This document shows, in pieces, positions 1-9,026 of a DNA stretch of 64,000 bases. The position numbers were made by a program, and so were the translations under genes. Source of the DNA: a bacterium (GTDB lineage Bacteria > Zhuqueibacterota > Zhuqueibacteria > Residuimicrobiales > Krinioviventaceae); contig OY843751.1 in NCBI GenBank assembly GCA_963693055.1, forward strand, positions 2,048,001 through 2,112,000, read 5' to 3'. The notes under the pieces were generated by a model, which searched no databases, had not been told where the DNA came from, and worked only from the letters and a program-made list of their open reading frames with translations. The stretch's first letter is position 1, and each line of letters opens with the position of its first letter.

Positions 1-648
1 TTGTTTTTCTTCATCGGTTTTGCCCTGGGTCATAAAAAGGATATGACGAACAGATGCGGTTTTGGGCTCATTGTATGCTTTTTCAAGTTCTTCATCAGAA
101 ATTGCGAGGTCGGTTTCAACTTTGTTCTTGATGAATTCCTGAATGTGCATTGACATACGAACATCATTTTCTACATAAGGTAAATCAAAACCCTGTTGTT
201 CTATAAACTCTACAAATTTTTCTTTGCCGCCTCTGCTCTGGAAAAATTTTTCCATTTGTGTGTTAACCGTACTATCTGAAACACTAATGCCTTCTTTGAT
301 GGCTTTGGCGTAAAGTAATTTTTTTTCTGCTTCGCCATTTGCACCTTGTTCCAGATAAGATTTTAAACGATCTACCGGAATGCTGGAAATATTATCTTTG
401 AATCTGCCAAAAGCTGAAAAAATACCAGGCATAATATCATACGACCAAATTGTAAAATCATTTGAAGTAACAAGTTTTACAGCTTTATCAGGATCCAGGG
501 CTTTGATACCCAAGGAATCACTAACGGTTTTAAAGAAACTGTACTGTTCAGATTCTTTGGCAAATGGGAGTTTGGGACCTTTTTGCCCACAGCCGGCCAG
601 TATGGCAATCAACAATATTATTCCAGTAAGAGTAAAAAGTTTTTTCAT
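1..648 (-). CDS. PpiC/parvulin-type peptidyl-prolyl isomerase (PrsA/SurA-like foldase) lipoprotein, runs off the window start
   Basis: Hand-translated, not in the ORF track: MKKLFTLTGIILLIAILAGCGQK... with lipobox LAGC, a SurA-like helical region and ASVRHILF (start of the rotamase domain). GGAG RBS upstream of the ATG at 648. Confidence 0.85.
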   Translation of the reverse strand, partial: MKKLFTLTGIILLIAILAGCGQKGPKLPFAKESEQYSFFKTVSDSLGIKALDPDKAVKLVTSNDFTIWSYDIMPGIFSAFGRFKDNISSIPVDRLKSYLEQGANGEAEKKLLYAKAIKEGISVSDSTVNTQMEKFFQSRGGKEKFVEFIEQQGFDLPYVENDVRMSMHIQEFIKNKVETDLAISDEELEKAYNEPKTASVRHILFMTQGKTDEEKQ

Positions 649-839
649 TACAATCTCCGGTTTATAATTATTAAAATTATCAACTATGAATATATAAAAA
701 TAAAGGGGGAATCCCTATAGTTTTTTATTAATATATCAAATATTCAATAAAAACCAAACCGATTTTGTTTGGAATCGACTATTATACGAATGATGAAATA
801 AAAAGTTCAATTATTTATCGTATTTGAATGAAAATATTA

Positions 840-913
840 CTTATATTTCTAGAATTATCGAAATACTGTTTGGTAACCTTTCGTAATCTTATATTTCTAG
901 AATTATGGAAATA
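840..913. promoter_or_regulatory. Two direct copies (48-bp period) of the palindromic box TATTTC-N10-GAAATA, putative ArsR operators
   Basis: TATTTCTAGAATTATCGAAATA at 844-865 and TATTTCTAGAATTATGGAAATA at 892-913, both preceded by CTTA. Confidence 0.65.
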
Positions 914-928
914 ATGTGACAAAAAAAA

Positions 929-1228
929 CTAGTAATCTATTCCTTTACAGCAATTTTCCTGTAAATACAACAAGACATCGTTAAGCGCACGATACTGAGC
1001 TATGCAATAGAGTGTACGACTTTTGCGGGTTTGTTTAACAAGCCCAACATTTACCATGCGGGAGATATGGTGAGAGAGTGTAGAGTTGGGGATTTGTAAC
1101 GCCTTTTGAACTTCTCCAACAGGCAATCCCTGATCACCGGCTTGTATTAACGTTCTGTAAATTGCAAGACGATGAACATGCCCCAATTCCGCCAAACGAT
1201 TTGCGATTGTTTCATCATAATTAAACAT
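929..1228 (-). CDS. arsR: ArsR/SmtB family transcriptional repressor with C-terminal CC motif
   Basis: LAELGHVHRLAIYRTL...STLSHH winged HTH and ENCC near the C-terminus, as in AfArsR/SpArsR-type repressors. Confidence 0.85.
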   Translation of the reverse strand: MFNYDETIANRLAELGHVHRLAIYRTLIQAGDQGLPVGEVQKALQIPNSTLSHHISRMVNVGLVKQTRKSRTLYCIAQYRALNDVLLYLQENCCKGIDY

Positions 1229-1265
1229 ATTAAAAGATAGTGAATTGATTTATATTTGTCAACTA

Positions 1266-1287
1266 TATTTTTAGAATTATCGAAATA
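1266..1287. promoter_or_regulatory. Putative ArsR autoregulatory operator
   Basis: TATTTTTAGAATTATCGAAATA, one mismatch from the 844-865 box, 38 bp upstream of the arsR start. A further half-site ATCGAAATA lies at 1344-1352. Confidence 0.7.
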
Positions 1288-1356
1288 ATATTTGTTCTTT
1301 TAAATAAATTTATAAAATTAATCTTTTTTATTGTACTAATAATATCGAAATATTGA

Positions 1357-1764
1357 TTATTCGTTTTCCTGAGGTTCCGGATCCATATACAACAATTCCC
1401 AGGTATGCCCGTCAAGATCCTGAAATCCGTGTCCATACATGAATCCATAGTCTTGCGGATCGTTGTAAACTGTACCGCCTGCTCTGATGGCATCCCGCAC
1501 CAGCTCATCTACTTTGGCCCGTTCGTTTAGTGTGAGACTTATCAGGACCTCTGTATTTTCAGTAGCATCTGAAATGGGTTTGGGTGAAAATGTTTTAAAT
1601 TTTTCTTCTGTGAGAAGCATAACAAATATATTTTCAGAAACCGTCATGCAGGTACCGGTTTCATCTGTAAATTGCGGATCAAAAGTAAACCCCATTTTGC
1701 TGAAAAATGCTATGGATGCATCGAGGTCTTTGACTGGCAGATTGATATATATCTGATTTACCAT
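1357..1764 (-). CDS. VOC/glyoxalase family protein (COG3607-like)
   Basis: IYINLPVKDL...FMYGHGFQDLDGHTWE signature; GGAGG RBS. Confidence 0.85.
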   Translation of the reverse strand: MVNQIYINLPVKDLDASIAFFSKMGFTFDPQFTDETGTCMTVSENIFVMLLTEEKFKTFSPKPISDATENTEVLISLTLNERAKVDELVRDAIRAGGTVYNDPQDYGFMYGHGFQDLDGHTWELLYMDPEPQENE

Positions 1765-1917
1765 GATTTACCTCCATTAATAGTAAATAGCGTGTATTAT
1801 TGTTTTAATTTATTATTGATTAGAAGTTTTAAACAATAATATAGAGGTAAATCATCCAATAGCATAATCTATTTAGATTGATGCTTTATTCTGCTTATGA
1901 TGTCGATAATTTGGTGC

Positions 1918-2466
1918 TTATTCAAAGTACCCAAGTGCAATACAAAAATCGATAACAATGTAAGATGCATTGGGATTATAATTCCCGGTTATCTCAAATC
2001 CTATTCCCAATATATATGGCATATGAAACAAAGTTTGAATATTGACTATAACTCCTGGTTTATAATCCACGGTTTTGGACGTACTATAACCTGTGAATTC
2101 TGAAACCCTACGCCAATTGGTCATTGAAAGGCCCCCATTTATTGATAGATCTACTTGGGGACGATATATATTATACCCTGCCATGGCCCAAATGCAGTTA
2201 ATGGTTAATCCTTCTTCTCCCATTGTAGTTGCTCCGACAGCGAATTTGTATTGGTTGGGTATGAAATGTAATCCGCCATTCAAATAATATAAATGATCTC
2301 TTTTAAATTTATTGTCAACCTGAGCTTGTGAAAATCCCACTCCTGCTTGCAGCCAGATGGAATTGCGATTTTTTATCTGTTCATCCCAGTTATTTTCCTG
2401 CGTTTCCTGTGCTGTTAACAATACAGGAGAGAAAAATAAAAGTATCAGTAGAATCTTTTTTATCAT
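1918..2466 (-). CDS. Hypothetical exported protein, probable small outer-membrane beta-barrel
   Basis: Signal peptide, alternating beta-strand pattern and an aromatic C-terminus (ALGYFE). Confidence 0.55.
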   Translation of the reverse strand: MIKKILLILLFFSPVLLTAQETQENNWDEQIKNRNSIWLQAGVGFSQAQVDNKFKRDHLYYLNGGLHFIPNQYKFAVGATTMGEEGLTINCIWAMAGYNIYRPQVDLSINGGLSMTNWRRVSEFTGYSTSKTVDYKPGVIVNIQTLFHMPYILGIGFEITGNYNPNASYIVIDFCIALGYFE

Positions 2467-2484
2467 AATACAATACCCCCAAAG

Positions 2485-3381
2485 TTAAAAGAAATCATGC
2501 AGTTTGAATTCAATAACAAGTCCGAATTTGATATATAAAAAGGTCTTGAATACATCATTGTCAAAGTCGTGAAACGTATCCGCGTCCCAGAATATGAGTC
2601 CGGGGGAAATATACCCGCCAAGATTTACATCATAAAATTGTGCAATGTTAACCCCGATCCCGATATATAGTTCATTGCCACTGAGAATGTCCCATGTGAT
2701 TCTGTCCCGGTCAATATATCCGCCATTAATGGTTTCTTCAATGATTATTGGGTTTTTGTATTTCCAGTACATGAAATTTTTAAACGAGACGCCTAAAAAC
2801 ATATTCAGGCCCATAAATGTATGTGGCGGCGTGGTATATGCTTTTACTTCAATACCCGCACTGATAATCCTGACACTGTTTTTGATTGAATACGCGTACT
2901 GGTTTGTGTGGGAAACCGGCGACCAGGCATATTCGAGATAAATTTTCAGTAATGTCTTTTTATTGATATGCCCCGCAATATACAAATTAACATTTTGTAT
3001 ACCTGTATAATCCCCGCTGTTTAACAGCCCCGAGCCTATTTTTAAACCCAGATACCCGGTATTGTATTCTTTATCTTCCTCGGGATCAAAATGTTGAGGT
3101 GGAGAAGGAGGGTTGGGTGTATGCTTTATCTCATTTTTTCTTTCTTCATTGTTTGCAAAATTTCTGGTTTCCTGAAAGTCATTATACTCGTCTTCAAGGT
3201 ATTGATCATAAACATCTGCCTCGGTTTCAATGGCTCTGTCGCCCTCGTGCTCGTCCGATGCTTTTTCCATTGCTTCAGAAAGAGAACCCCGGCTTGTATG
3301 GCTTGCTGTACTACAGTGTATAAATGTTATGGACGAAATTAACATTATCAAGAGTTGTAGATAATTTAGACGAGTTTTCAT
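2485..3381 (-). CDS. Hypothetical lipoprotein with acidic linker and probable C-terminal beta-barrel
   Basis: Hydrophobic N-terminus ending in IHC, an acidic/Pro-rich linker and Gly/aromatic-rich strands ending in F. Confidence 0.55.
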   Translation of the reverse strand: MKTRLNYLQLLIMLISSITFIHCSTASHTSRGSLSEAMEKASDEHEGDRAIETEADVYDQYLEDEYNDFQETRNFANNEERKNEIKHTPNPPSPPQHFDPEEDKEYNTGYLGLKIGSGLLNSGDYTGIQNVNLYIAGHINKKTLLKIYLEYAWSPVSHTNQYAYSIKNSVRIISAGIEVKAYTTPPHTFMGLNMFLGVSFKNFMYWKYKNPIIIEETINGGYIDRDRITWDILSGNELYIGIGVNIAQFYDVNLGGYISPGLIFWDADTFHDFDNDVFKTFLYIKFGLVIEFKLHDFF

Positions 3382-3398
3382 TTGCCCCTCAATGGTAT

Positions 3399-4121
3399 CT
3401 ATTCTATTCTTTTAGTCCCTTGAATTATATTGCCTGTGTACAGGCGCATAACGTACTCGAGTCCGGTTTGTTGTTTAATCATTTGGTCCAAGTCTTTGAA
3501 TGAATTGAGGGCTTTTTGATCTTTGAATGTTTCTCCGGGAACATATATGTTCAGAAACAGGGTGTCAGATTCTATGGTCAACTCAACATGCTTTTGATGG
3601 CTTTTATTGAAAAAGCCGGATTTTATAAATGTTTCACCCAAATCCATTACTGTTTGATCGTTTACCTGTTTTTGGGGATAAAGGATCTCATGTTGTATGG
3701 TGCCGAATGTCATGGTTTCCGTATTGGGATTGGGTATCAATACAAACAAAATAAAAAATACAACAAAAAGAGCTATCCCAATCAGGCTCCATAAAAATCC
3801 ATCTTTAAAAGTAGAAGGGAGAATGCCTTGTTCAATACTGGCATCAATTGCTTCTCCCTGTAGCTTTTTAGCCAGTGCTCCGGTTAAAAATGCAATAATG
3901 AGTGGAATGATAACAGAAGGTATATTGGAAACCCAATTTTCCGGTAGCAAAATCGCAATTCCCATCAGTGCAATTGTAAATAGAAAACCTATAACAAGAG
4001 ATAGTTTGGCTTTTAAGGGTTCATTAAATATTTTAAAATTTTTGTAAAACAGGATACCCCCTGCCCAGGGACCTCCGATCAATGTTACTGCTCTGATTGT
4101 GTTGATTGTATTGATTTTCAT
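3399..4121 (-). CDS. Hypothetical membrane protein (about 4 TM) with soluble C-terminal domain
   Basis: LIGGPWAGGILFYKNF and further hydrophobic segments. Start placed at the ATG at 4121; the ORF is open to 4166. Confidence 0.6.
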   Translation of the reverse strand: MKINTINTIRAVTLIGGPWAGGILFYKNFKIFNEPLKAKLSLVIGFLFTIALMGIAILLPENWVSNIPSVIIPLIIAFLTGALAKKLQGEAIDASIEQGILPSTFKDGFLWSLIGIALFVVFFILFVLIPNPNTETMTFGTIQHEILYPQKQVNDQTVMDLGETFIKSGFFNKSHQKHVELTIESDTLFLNIYVPGETFKDQKALNSFKDLDQMIKQQTGLEYVMRLYTGNIIQGTKRIE

Positions 4122-4291
4122 TAAAATATCCCCATGCGAAGCTAAAGTAGTAAAAAAACTCCCCATCCCGGTTGTTAATTTTTTAAAATAGAAGAATTAT
4201 TCAAAAGATGCAAGAAAATCTATTCTATTAAAAAGGTCGATTTACCTGTCATGTGACTGAAAATCCCCTTTTGTGATGAAAACTACATAAT

Positions 4292-4966
4292 TTACTTGGC
4301 CGTTTCTTCCGAAATTACTGCCGATGGGCACAATTCTTTGATAGGACAAATATCGCATTGGGGTTTGCGAGCGTAACAGACGTTACGTCCCAAATGGAGA
4401 AAGTTCATATGCAGAGAGTAGGATTTACCTTCAGGGACCAATGGCTGCATCATGTGATGTGTTTTTTCGGCGGTGGCGTTTTCCGGCACAAGTCCCAGGC
4501 GTTTACATATACGATGGACATGTGTATCCACCGGGAAAATATCCACACCGCATGTGAACATGAGCACAACACTGACGGTTTTAATACCTACGCCTTTAAG
4601 CTGGATGAATGTATCTATCACTTCCTGCGGGTTCATATCGCATAAAAAATCCAGGTCAAAGGTCCCATAGGTGTCATATACCCATTTTAATACATCTTTG
4701 ATACGAACACTTTTTTGATTGCCTAGTCCGGCTGGACGAATAGCATCTGCAATTTCTGTTGCAGGTGCGTTCATGACCGCTTCCCAATCGTCAAAACGAT
4801 TTTTTAAGCGTTCATATGCCGTATCACGGTTTTTATCGTTGGTACTTTGCGATAAAATGGTTAATATTAGGCTGCCCAACGGTTTACCCCGGCCTTCAAA
4901 TTCAGGTGTACCAAAGGCTTTTTCTAGTCGTTCTGTTATCTGTTGTGTTTTTGTATTGGAGTCCAT
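4292..4966 (-). CDS. nth: Endonuclease III family DNA glycosylase (HhH-GPD, 4Fe-4S)
   Basis: ILSQST, HhH LKGVGIKT, FPVDTHVHR and the C-x6-C-x2-C-x5-C cluster motif. Confidence 0.92.
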   Translation of the reverse strand: MDSNTKTQQITERLEKAFGTPEFEGRGKPLGSLILTILSQSTNDKNRDTAYERLKNRFDDWEAVMNAPATEIADAIRPAGLGNQKSVRIKDVLKWVYDTYGTFDLDFLCDMNPQEVIDTFIQLKGVGIKTVSVVLMFTCGVDIFPVDTHVHRICKRLGLVPENATAEKTHHMMQPLVPEGKSYSLHMNFLHLGRNVCYARKPQCDICPIKELCPSAVISEETAK

Positions 4967-4969
4967 TTT

Positions 4970-5440
4970 ATGAAGTTCCCTACAAGGTATATTACTACTG
5001 CTGCAATTATTGGGGCGCTTTACGCGGCCCTGACTATAGTCCTTTTACCCATCAGTTATGGACCTATTCAGGTCCGAATATCAGAAGCGTTAACTGTGTT
5101 GCCGTTCCTGTTTCCACAGGCTATACCCGGATTATTTTTGGGCTGCATGGTAGCCAATATCTTTGGTGGTTTTGGCCCAATCGATATTTTTGCGGGCAGT
5201 TTTTTAACGCTGGTAGCTGCCATAGTAACCTGGTGGCTGCGACGCACCAACAAGCCCTGGTTGGCACCCTTGCCGCCGGTGCTGGTTAATGCTTTTGGTG
5301 TTAGTGTCTATGTTTCAATTTTGGCAGGTATCCCATATTGGGTATTGGTATTTCAGATCGGATTGGGACAACTTGCAGCCTGTTATGGGCTGGGTCTGCC
5401 GTTGTTATACGCGCTTAAAAAACGATTTAAACAAAATTGA
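4970..5440 (+). CDS. queT: QueT family queuosine-precursor transporter (ECF S component)
   Basis: AALTIVLLPISYGPIQVRISEALTVLPF signature; GGAG RBS at 4958-4961. Confidence 0.88.
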   Translation: MKFPTRYITTAAIIGALYAALTIVLLPISYGPIQVRISEALTVLPFLFPQAIPGLFLGCMVANIFGGFGPIDIFAGSFLTLVAAIVTWWLRRTNKPWLAPLPPVLVNAFGVSVYVSILAGIPYWVLVFQIGLGQLAACYGLGLPLLYALKKRFKQN

Positions 5441-5738
5441 TTCTAGCTTCCGGGGGAAGCAGTTTCTTTATAGATGACGCAAATTGCTGATCTGTTATTC
5501 CTATCACAGCAACCTCTCTGTCAAATAATACTCTAAATTGTTGTTTATCTGCATATTGGAATGCAGAGACCTTGACTGGTTTTCCGAACAGTTTGCTGAT
5601 TTTGTCTGATGCATCTGTTGCAATCAATAATAGATAAACCTGGTTGCGATCCAGCGCTTTTTGTACCGCTGATCTTCCAATGACAATTCTGCCTGCTTTT
5701 TTTGCAAAACCTACTAATGTAAAAACTTGATCATTCAT
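5427..5738 (-). CDS. L7Ae/YlxQ family RNA-binding protein
   Basis: LVGFAKKAGRIVIG...LLLIATDAS...AVIGITDQQFA; lies directly after ylxR. Confidence 0.85.
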   Translation of the reverse strand: MNDQVFTLVGFAKKAGRIVIGRSAVQKALDRNQVYLLLIATDASDKISKLFGKPVKVSAFQYADKQQFRVLFDREVAVIGITDQQFASSIKKLLPPEARINFV

Positions 5739-6012
5739 TTTTTAATCCATTCAAAAGTTGAGGGCCTGCATCCGTATTCAAATGTCTGCGCAGAGACCTC
5801 TCGAATGCCCTGGTTTTTATGGCTTTTTCCAGGCATGCCATATTATTACATATATATGCACCGCGTCCGTTCATATTTTGTGCAGAATCAGCGGTTAAAT
5901 TTCCTGTGTTGTCGCATACAATTCTTAAAAGATTGTGCTTTTCTGTTTTTCGTCGGCACGCAATACATGTACGTTGTGCGATATGTTTCGTTTCAATTGA
6001 CATCATTTTCAC
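5731..6012 (-). CDS. ylxR: YlxR/RnpM (DUF448) RNA-binding protein
   Basis: RTCIACR...LLRIV...GRGAYIC...CLEKAIK...FERSLR. Confidence 0.9.
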   Translation of the reverse strand: MKMMSIETKHIAQRTCIACRRKTEKHNLLRIVCDNTGNLTADSAQNMNGRGAYICNNMACLEKAIKTRAFERSLRRHLNTDAGPQLLNGLKNE

Positions 6013-6560
6013 CAGGGTTTTGCCAGTATTTCGCGCACCCGAATGTCAAAAAAACGGTTGGAAGATTCTGCTGCTACAATCATCGCAGTATCCGCACCTT
6101 TGGCGGTACCTGCTACGGTAATAATATCGGTAGGGGGTAAAAGTCCCGCATCACAAACCATAGCAGCCATCTCAATACCCACCTTGACGCCCTGACCCAC
6201 CATTCGCAGCGATTTGTTAATGAGCTCCTCCTGAGAATAGCCAAATGATTTACGAATTGCAGAACCCTGATTGCGTAGCACCATCGTGCCGGTATGAACG
6301 GTGATCCCGTTATTTATTAGCATTTTTCGTATTTCAGTATCAAATTGTTGCTCACCGCTTTTGGCAAAACCGGTGTTATGTGTTACAATGATAATATTAG
6401 CACTTAAGGAGGGATGTAGTTCCAATACTGCTTTGGCAGTTTCACCTGTTGTAGATGCTATAATAATATGTTCAATACCTCTTGATTTTGCTTCTTTAAA
6501 AGCAATTTCAAGGGTTTGAATTGTGTTTTCTGGTCCGTTTTTTTGAAAAGAAATGCTCAT
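6009..6560 (-). CDS. Stand-alone pyruvate kinase C-terminal (PK_C)-like alpha/beta domain protein (COG1751-like)
   Basis: GPENT...IIIASTTGETA...VTHNTGF...GQGVKVGIE...GADTA...REILAKP. Confidence 0.8.
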   Translation of the reverse strand: MSISFQKNGPENTIQTLEIAFKEAKSRGIEHIIIASTTGETAKAVLELHPSLSANIIIVTHNTGFAKSGEQQFDTEIRKMLINNGITVHTGTMVLRNQGSAIRKSFGYSQEELINKSLRMVGQGVKVGIEMAAMVCDAGLLPPTDIITVAGTAKGADTAMIVAAESSNRFFDIRVREILAKPW

Positions 6561-6631
6561 TATTCATTCTTGAAAATTATTAAACTTTAATGTAGTGTTT
6601 GTTGTTAATATTATCAAGTAAAATACTGTTT

Positions 6632-6649
6632 TGTAGCCACAATGGGACA
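6632..6649. promoter_or_regulatory. TGT-N12-ACA candidate activator-binding site upstream of the kinase operon
   Basis: TGTAGCCACAATGGGACA; the same geometry recurs upstream of both sigma54 promoters. Confidence 0.4.
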
Positions 6650-6696
6650 CGTTTTCATTAAAGTGGGGAGCTGAAAAGAGAATCCTAAAAAAAGTG

Positions 6697-6725
6697 TTGC
6701 TTTTAATGGACATTGTTTTTACATT
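6697..6725 (+). promoter_or_regulatory. Putative sigma70 promoter of the kinase/regulator operon
   Basis: TTGCTT-N17-TACATT; an alternative extended -10 (TGCTATAAT) lies about 25 bp downstream. Confidence 0.4.
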
Positions 6726-6780
6726 CATAAAATTCAATAGGTTATATGCTATAATACGGTGTATATGACAGGATGGAAAC

Positions 6781-7914
6781 ATGTCCGAAAACAAAATGCC
6801 AGAGAATGGCCCTGTTTCAGAACAGCAATTGCAAAATTCAGAATTACAGGCCCTTTTAAATTTCCAAACTGAGATTTTCAATTCATTGCCTGCCCACCTT
6901 GTTGTTATTGATGACGAGTATAATATTTTAAATTACAATCAATCTGTTGCTAATATGGCACAAGGCAAGAGTGTTGTTGGCAAGAATCTTTTTGTTTCAT
7001 TAGATTTTTACCAATCCGAAGCTTTGAACAAAGTTTTGACTGATTTTATTAATAGCAATAGAACAGTCATTCATGTAACTTTGGATCATCCACACAAAAT
7101 GGGTGAAAAATATATCCATTCCATATCCCGATTAAAGGATATTGCGGGTCTTAAAGCTTTTTTGCTGCACTCGACATTGTATGATGGCAAAGAAGGCGAT
7201 CAGCTAAATGATTTTATTCAGGATAAATTTACCAGTTTGGGAGCTTTTGCCGGTAAAATAGCGCATGATATAAATAATCCGCTATCAGTGATTCTTACAC
7301 GAATCGACTTTTTACAATCTATGGATCTGGAAAATGCCATAGAAGAAGGTGATGTTGAGATTGTTGAAGAAATTGGCATTATTCAACGTCAGGCGCAGAG
7401 AATTTATGATATTCTGGATAAAATTGGTGCATTACAGATGCATGCAAAAGAAACACCGGTAGAATGTGATGTAACTGAAATTGTAACTCGAGCTGTTACC
7501 ATTGCTGAATTTCAGCGTCCCTTTAAAACCGTGCATGCTGTAAAAGAGCTGACAGAAGGTTTACCCCGAATGGTTTGTAATGAAATAAAACTTGAGCGGG
7601 CCATCAATGAAATGTTGAGAAATGCATTTGAAGCAGTTGGCGAACAAGGGGATGTATCCATTAAATTGACCTTTGAAGAACCTGAATATCGTCTTGAAAT
7701 TAAAGACAGTGGCCTTGGAATACCACCCGAAAATATCGGCAAGGTTTTTGATCCGTTTTTTACTACCAAACAAGGTGTAAAAGGCGCGGGTTTGGGATTA
7801 ACAATAGCATATGCTGCCGCACTTGCACATAATGGTCGTATTGAAATAAATAGTGTTCCCAAATCAGGTACAACCATGACCCTGATTTTAAGACGGAACT
7901 CAGTTAATGAATAA
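6781..7914 (+). CDS. Cytoplasmic PAS-domain sensor histidine kinase
   Basis: PAS-like N-terminus, H-box IAHDINNPL, N/G1/F/G2 boxes (DSGLGI, FDPFFTTK, GAGLGL); no TM helix. Confidence 0.9.
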   Translation: MSENKMPENGPVSEQQLQNSELQALLNFQTEIFNSLPAHLVVIDDEYNILNYNQSVANMAQGKSVVGKNLFVSLDFYQSEALNKVLTDFINSNRTVIHVTLDHPHKMGEKYIHSISRLKDIAGLKAFLLHSTLYDGKEGDQLNDFIQDKFTSLGAFAGKIAHDINNPLSVILTRIDFLQSMDLENAIEEGDVEIVEEIGIIQRQAQRIYDILDKIGALQMHAKETPVECDVTEIVTRAVTIAEFQRPFKTVHAVKELTEGLPRMVCNEIKLERAINEMLRNAFEAVGEQGDVSIKLTFEEPEYRLEIKDSGLGIPPENIGKVFDPFFTTKQGVKGAGLGLTIAYAAALAHNGRIEINSVPKSGTTMTLILRRNSVNE

Positions 7915-7950
7915 CCATCAGGTTTCTATAAATATAAAGGTTAATTGTAG

Positions 7951-9006
7951 ATGCCAACAGTAATAACCGATGATAAGCGAATTTCGGGTTTATTTTTAGA
8001 GCTGGATCCGCAGCAAGCCGTTGAATCATGCTCTGGCTCACTTGAAAATTGTGATTCACTATTGAGCGATATAAAACCCGGTATGTCTTTATCTGAAGCG
8101 TTAAGACGTCTTTGGAATGTTGATATAGAAGACATGTGCAATGATGCTTATCAGCATGGTCGTACTGCCAGTTATGAGATTCCAGTTCAGTGCAATACCG
8201 TTCTACATTGGTATTTAATAACTGTATCTCCACGTGTTAGCAATCAAAAAATAAATGGCGTATCTCTGAATGTTAGAGATAATACACTTGTAAAGCGAAA
8301 TGAACGTCAGTTATTGCTACACGATAAAATGGGAAATATTGCGCTGCTTGCTTCTCAGGTTGCACACAAACTCAATAATCCTTTGGCAGCGGTATTGAAT
8401 CATGTTGGAAGTTTACTGGTCACTGATTTGAGTGATGAGAATCTGTTCAAAGTCAAGAGTAAACTTGAGTTGATGCAGGAGCAGATTTACTCCATGTCTG
8501 TAATTACCAATGCACTGGTAGCATTCAGTAAAGAATCCGGAGTAAATTTTAGACCTTTGGATGTGAATGAGATTGTGCAAAAATCAGTTGAACTGTCTCA
8601 TTTACTTCAATTAAAAAGTAATATTACATATCATGTAACTTTGTTACCCGATTTACCCCAGGTGTTGGGAAATGAAATTACGCTTGAACAAAGTTTTATT
8701 AATATTATACGAAATGCCCTTGAAGCAATGCCGGATGGGGGAGAGTTTACAATTACCACCAATTTGGATCCGCTTTCGAATGATTATATTTGTATCTCTT
8801 TTCATGATACAGGGTTTGGTATTGAAAAACAAGATCTGGATCAGGTTTTTGATCCGTTTTTCAAAACCAAGGATGAAAATCATTCTGGTTTGGGTTTATC
8901 AATAAGCTATGGTATTATTGCAAATCACAACGGAAGTATTGAAATTAACAGTGAACCGGAAAATGGTACAAAGGTAACTGTACTTTTGCCGGTGAACCGT
9001 AAATAA
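7951..9006 (+). CDS. Cytoplasmic histidine kinase with atypical H-box
   Basis: VAHKLNNPL, NIIRNALEAM, DTGFGI, FDPFFKTK, GLGLSISYGII. Confidence 0.88.
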   Translation: MPTVITDDKRISGLFLELDPQQAVESCSGSLENCDSLLSDIKPGMSLSEALRRLWNVDIEDMCNDAYQHGRTASYEIPVQCNTVLHWYLITVSPRVSNQKINGVSLNVRDNTLVKRNERQLLLHDKMGNIALLASQVAHKLNNPLAAVLNHVGSLLVTDLSDENLFKVKSKLELMQEQIYSMSVITNALVAFSKESGVNFRPLDVNEIVQKSVELSHLLQLKSNITYHVTLLPDLPQVLGNEITLEQSFINIIRNALEAMPDGGEFTITTNLDPLSNDYICISFHDTGFGIEKQDLDQVFDPFFKTKDENHSGLGLSISYGIIANHNGSIEINSEPENGTKVTVLLPVNRK

Positions 9007-9026
9007 AATGTAAGAGGAATAAACAT

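Noticed and set aside
840-913. 26-bp direct repeats as a mini CRISPR array
   Set aside because: Only two copies with a 22-bp spacer, no cas genes, and the same box occurs in the arsR promoter, so an operator is the better explanation.
1357-1764. VOC gene as the C-As lyase ArsI
   Set aside because: It lacks the vicinal Cys pair of ArsI and matches the generic COG3607-like pattern.
4860-4969. preQ1 riboswitch upstream of queT
   Set aside because: The region is nth coding sequence and no preQ1 consensus was recognised.
6564-6881. 105-aa minus-strand ORF
   Set aside because: Spans a divergent promoter region and overlaps the kinase start; no recognisable motifs.
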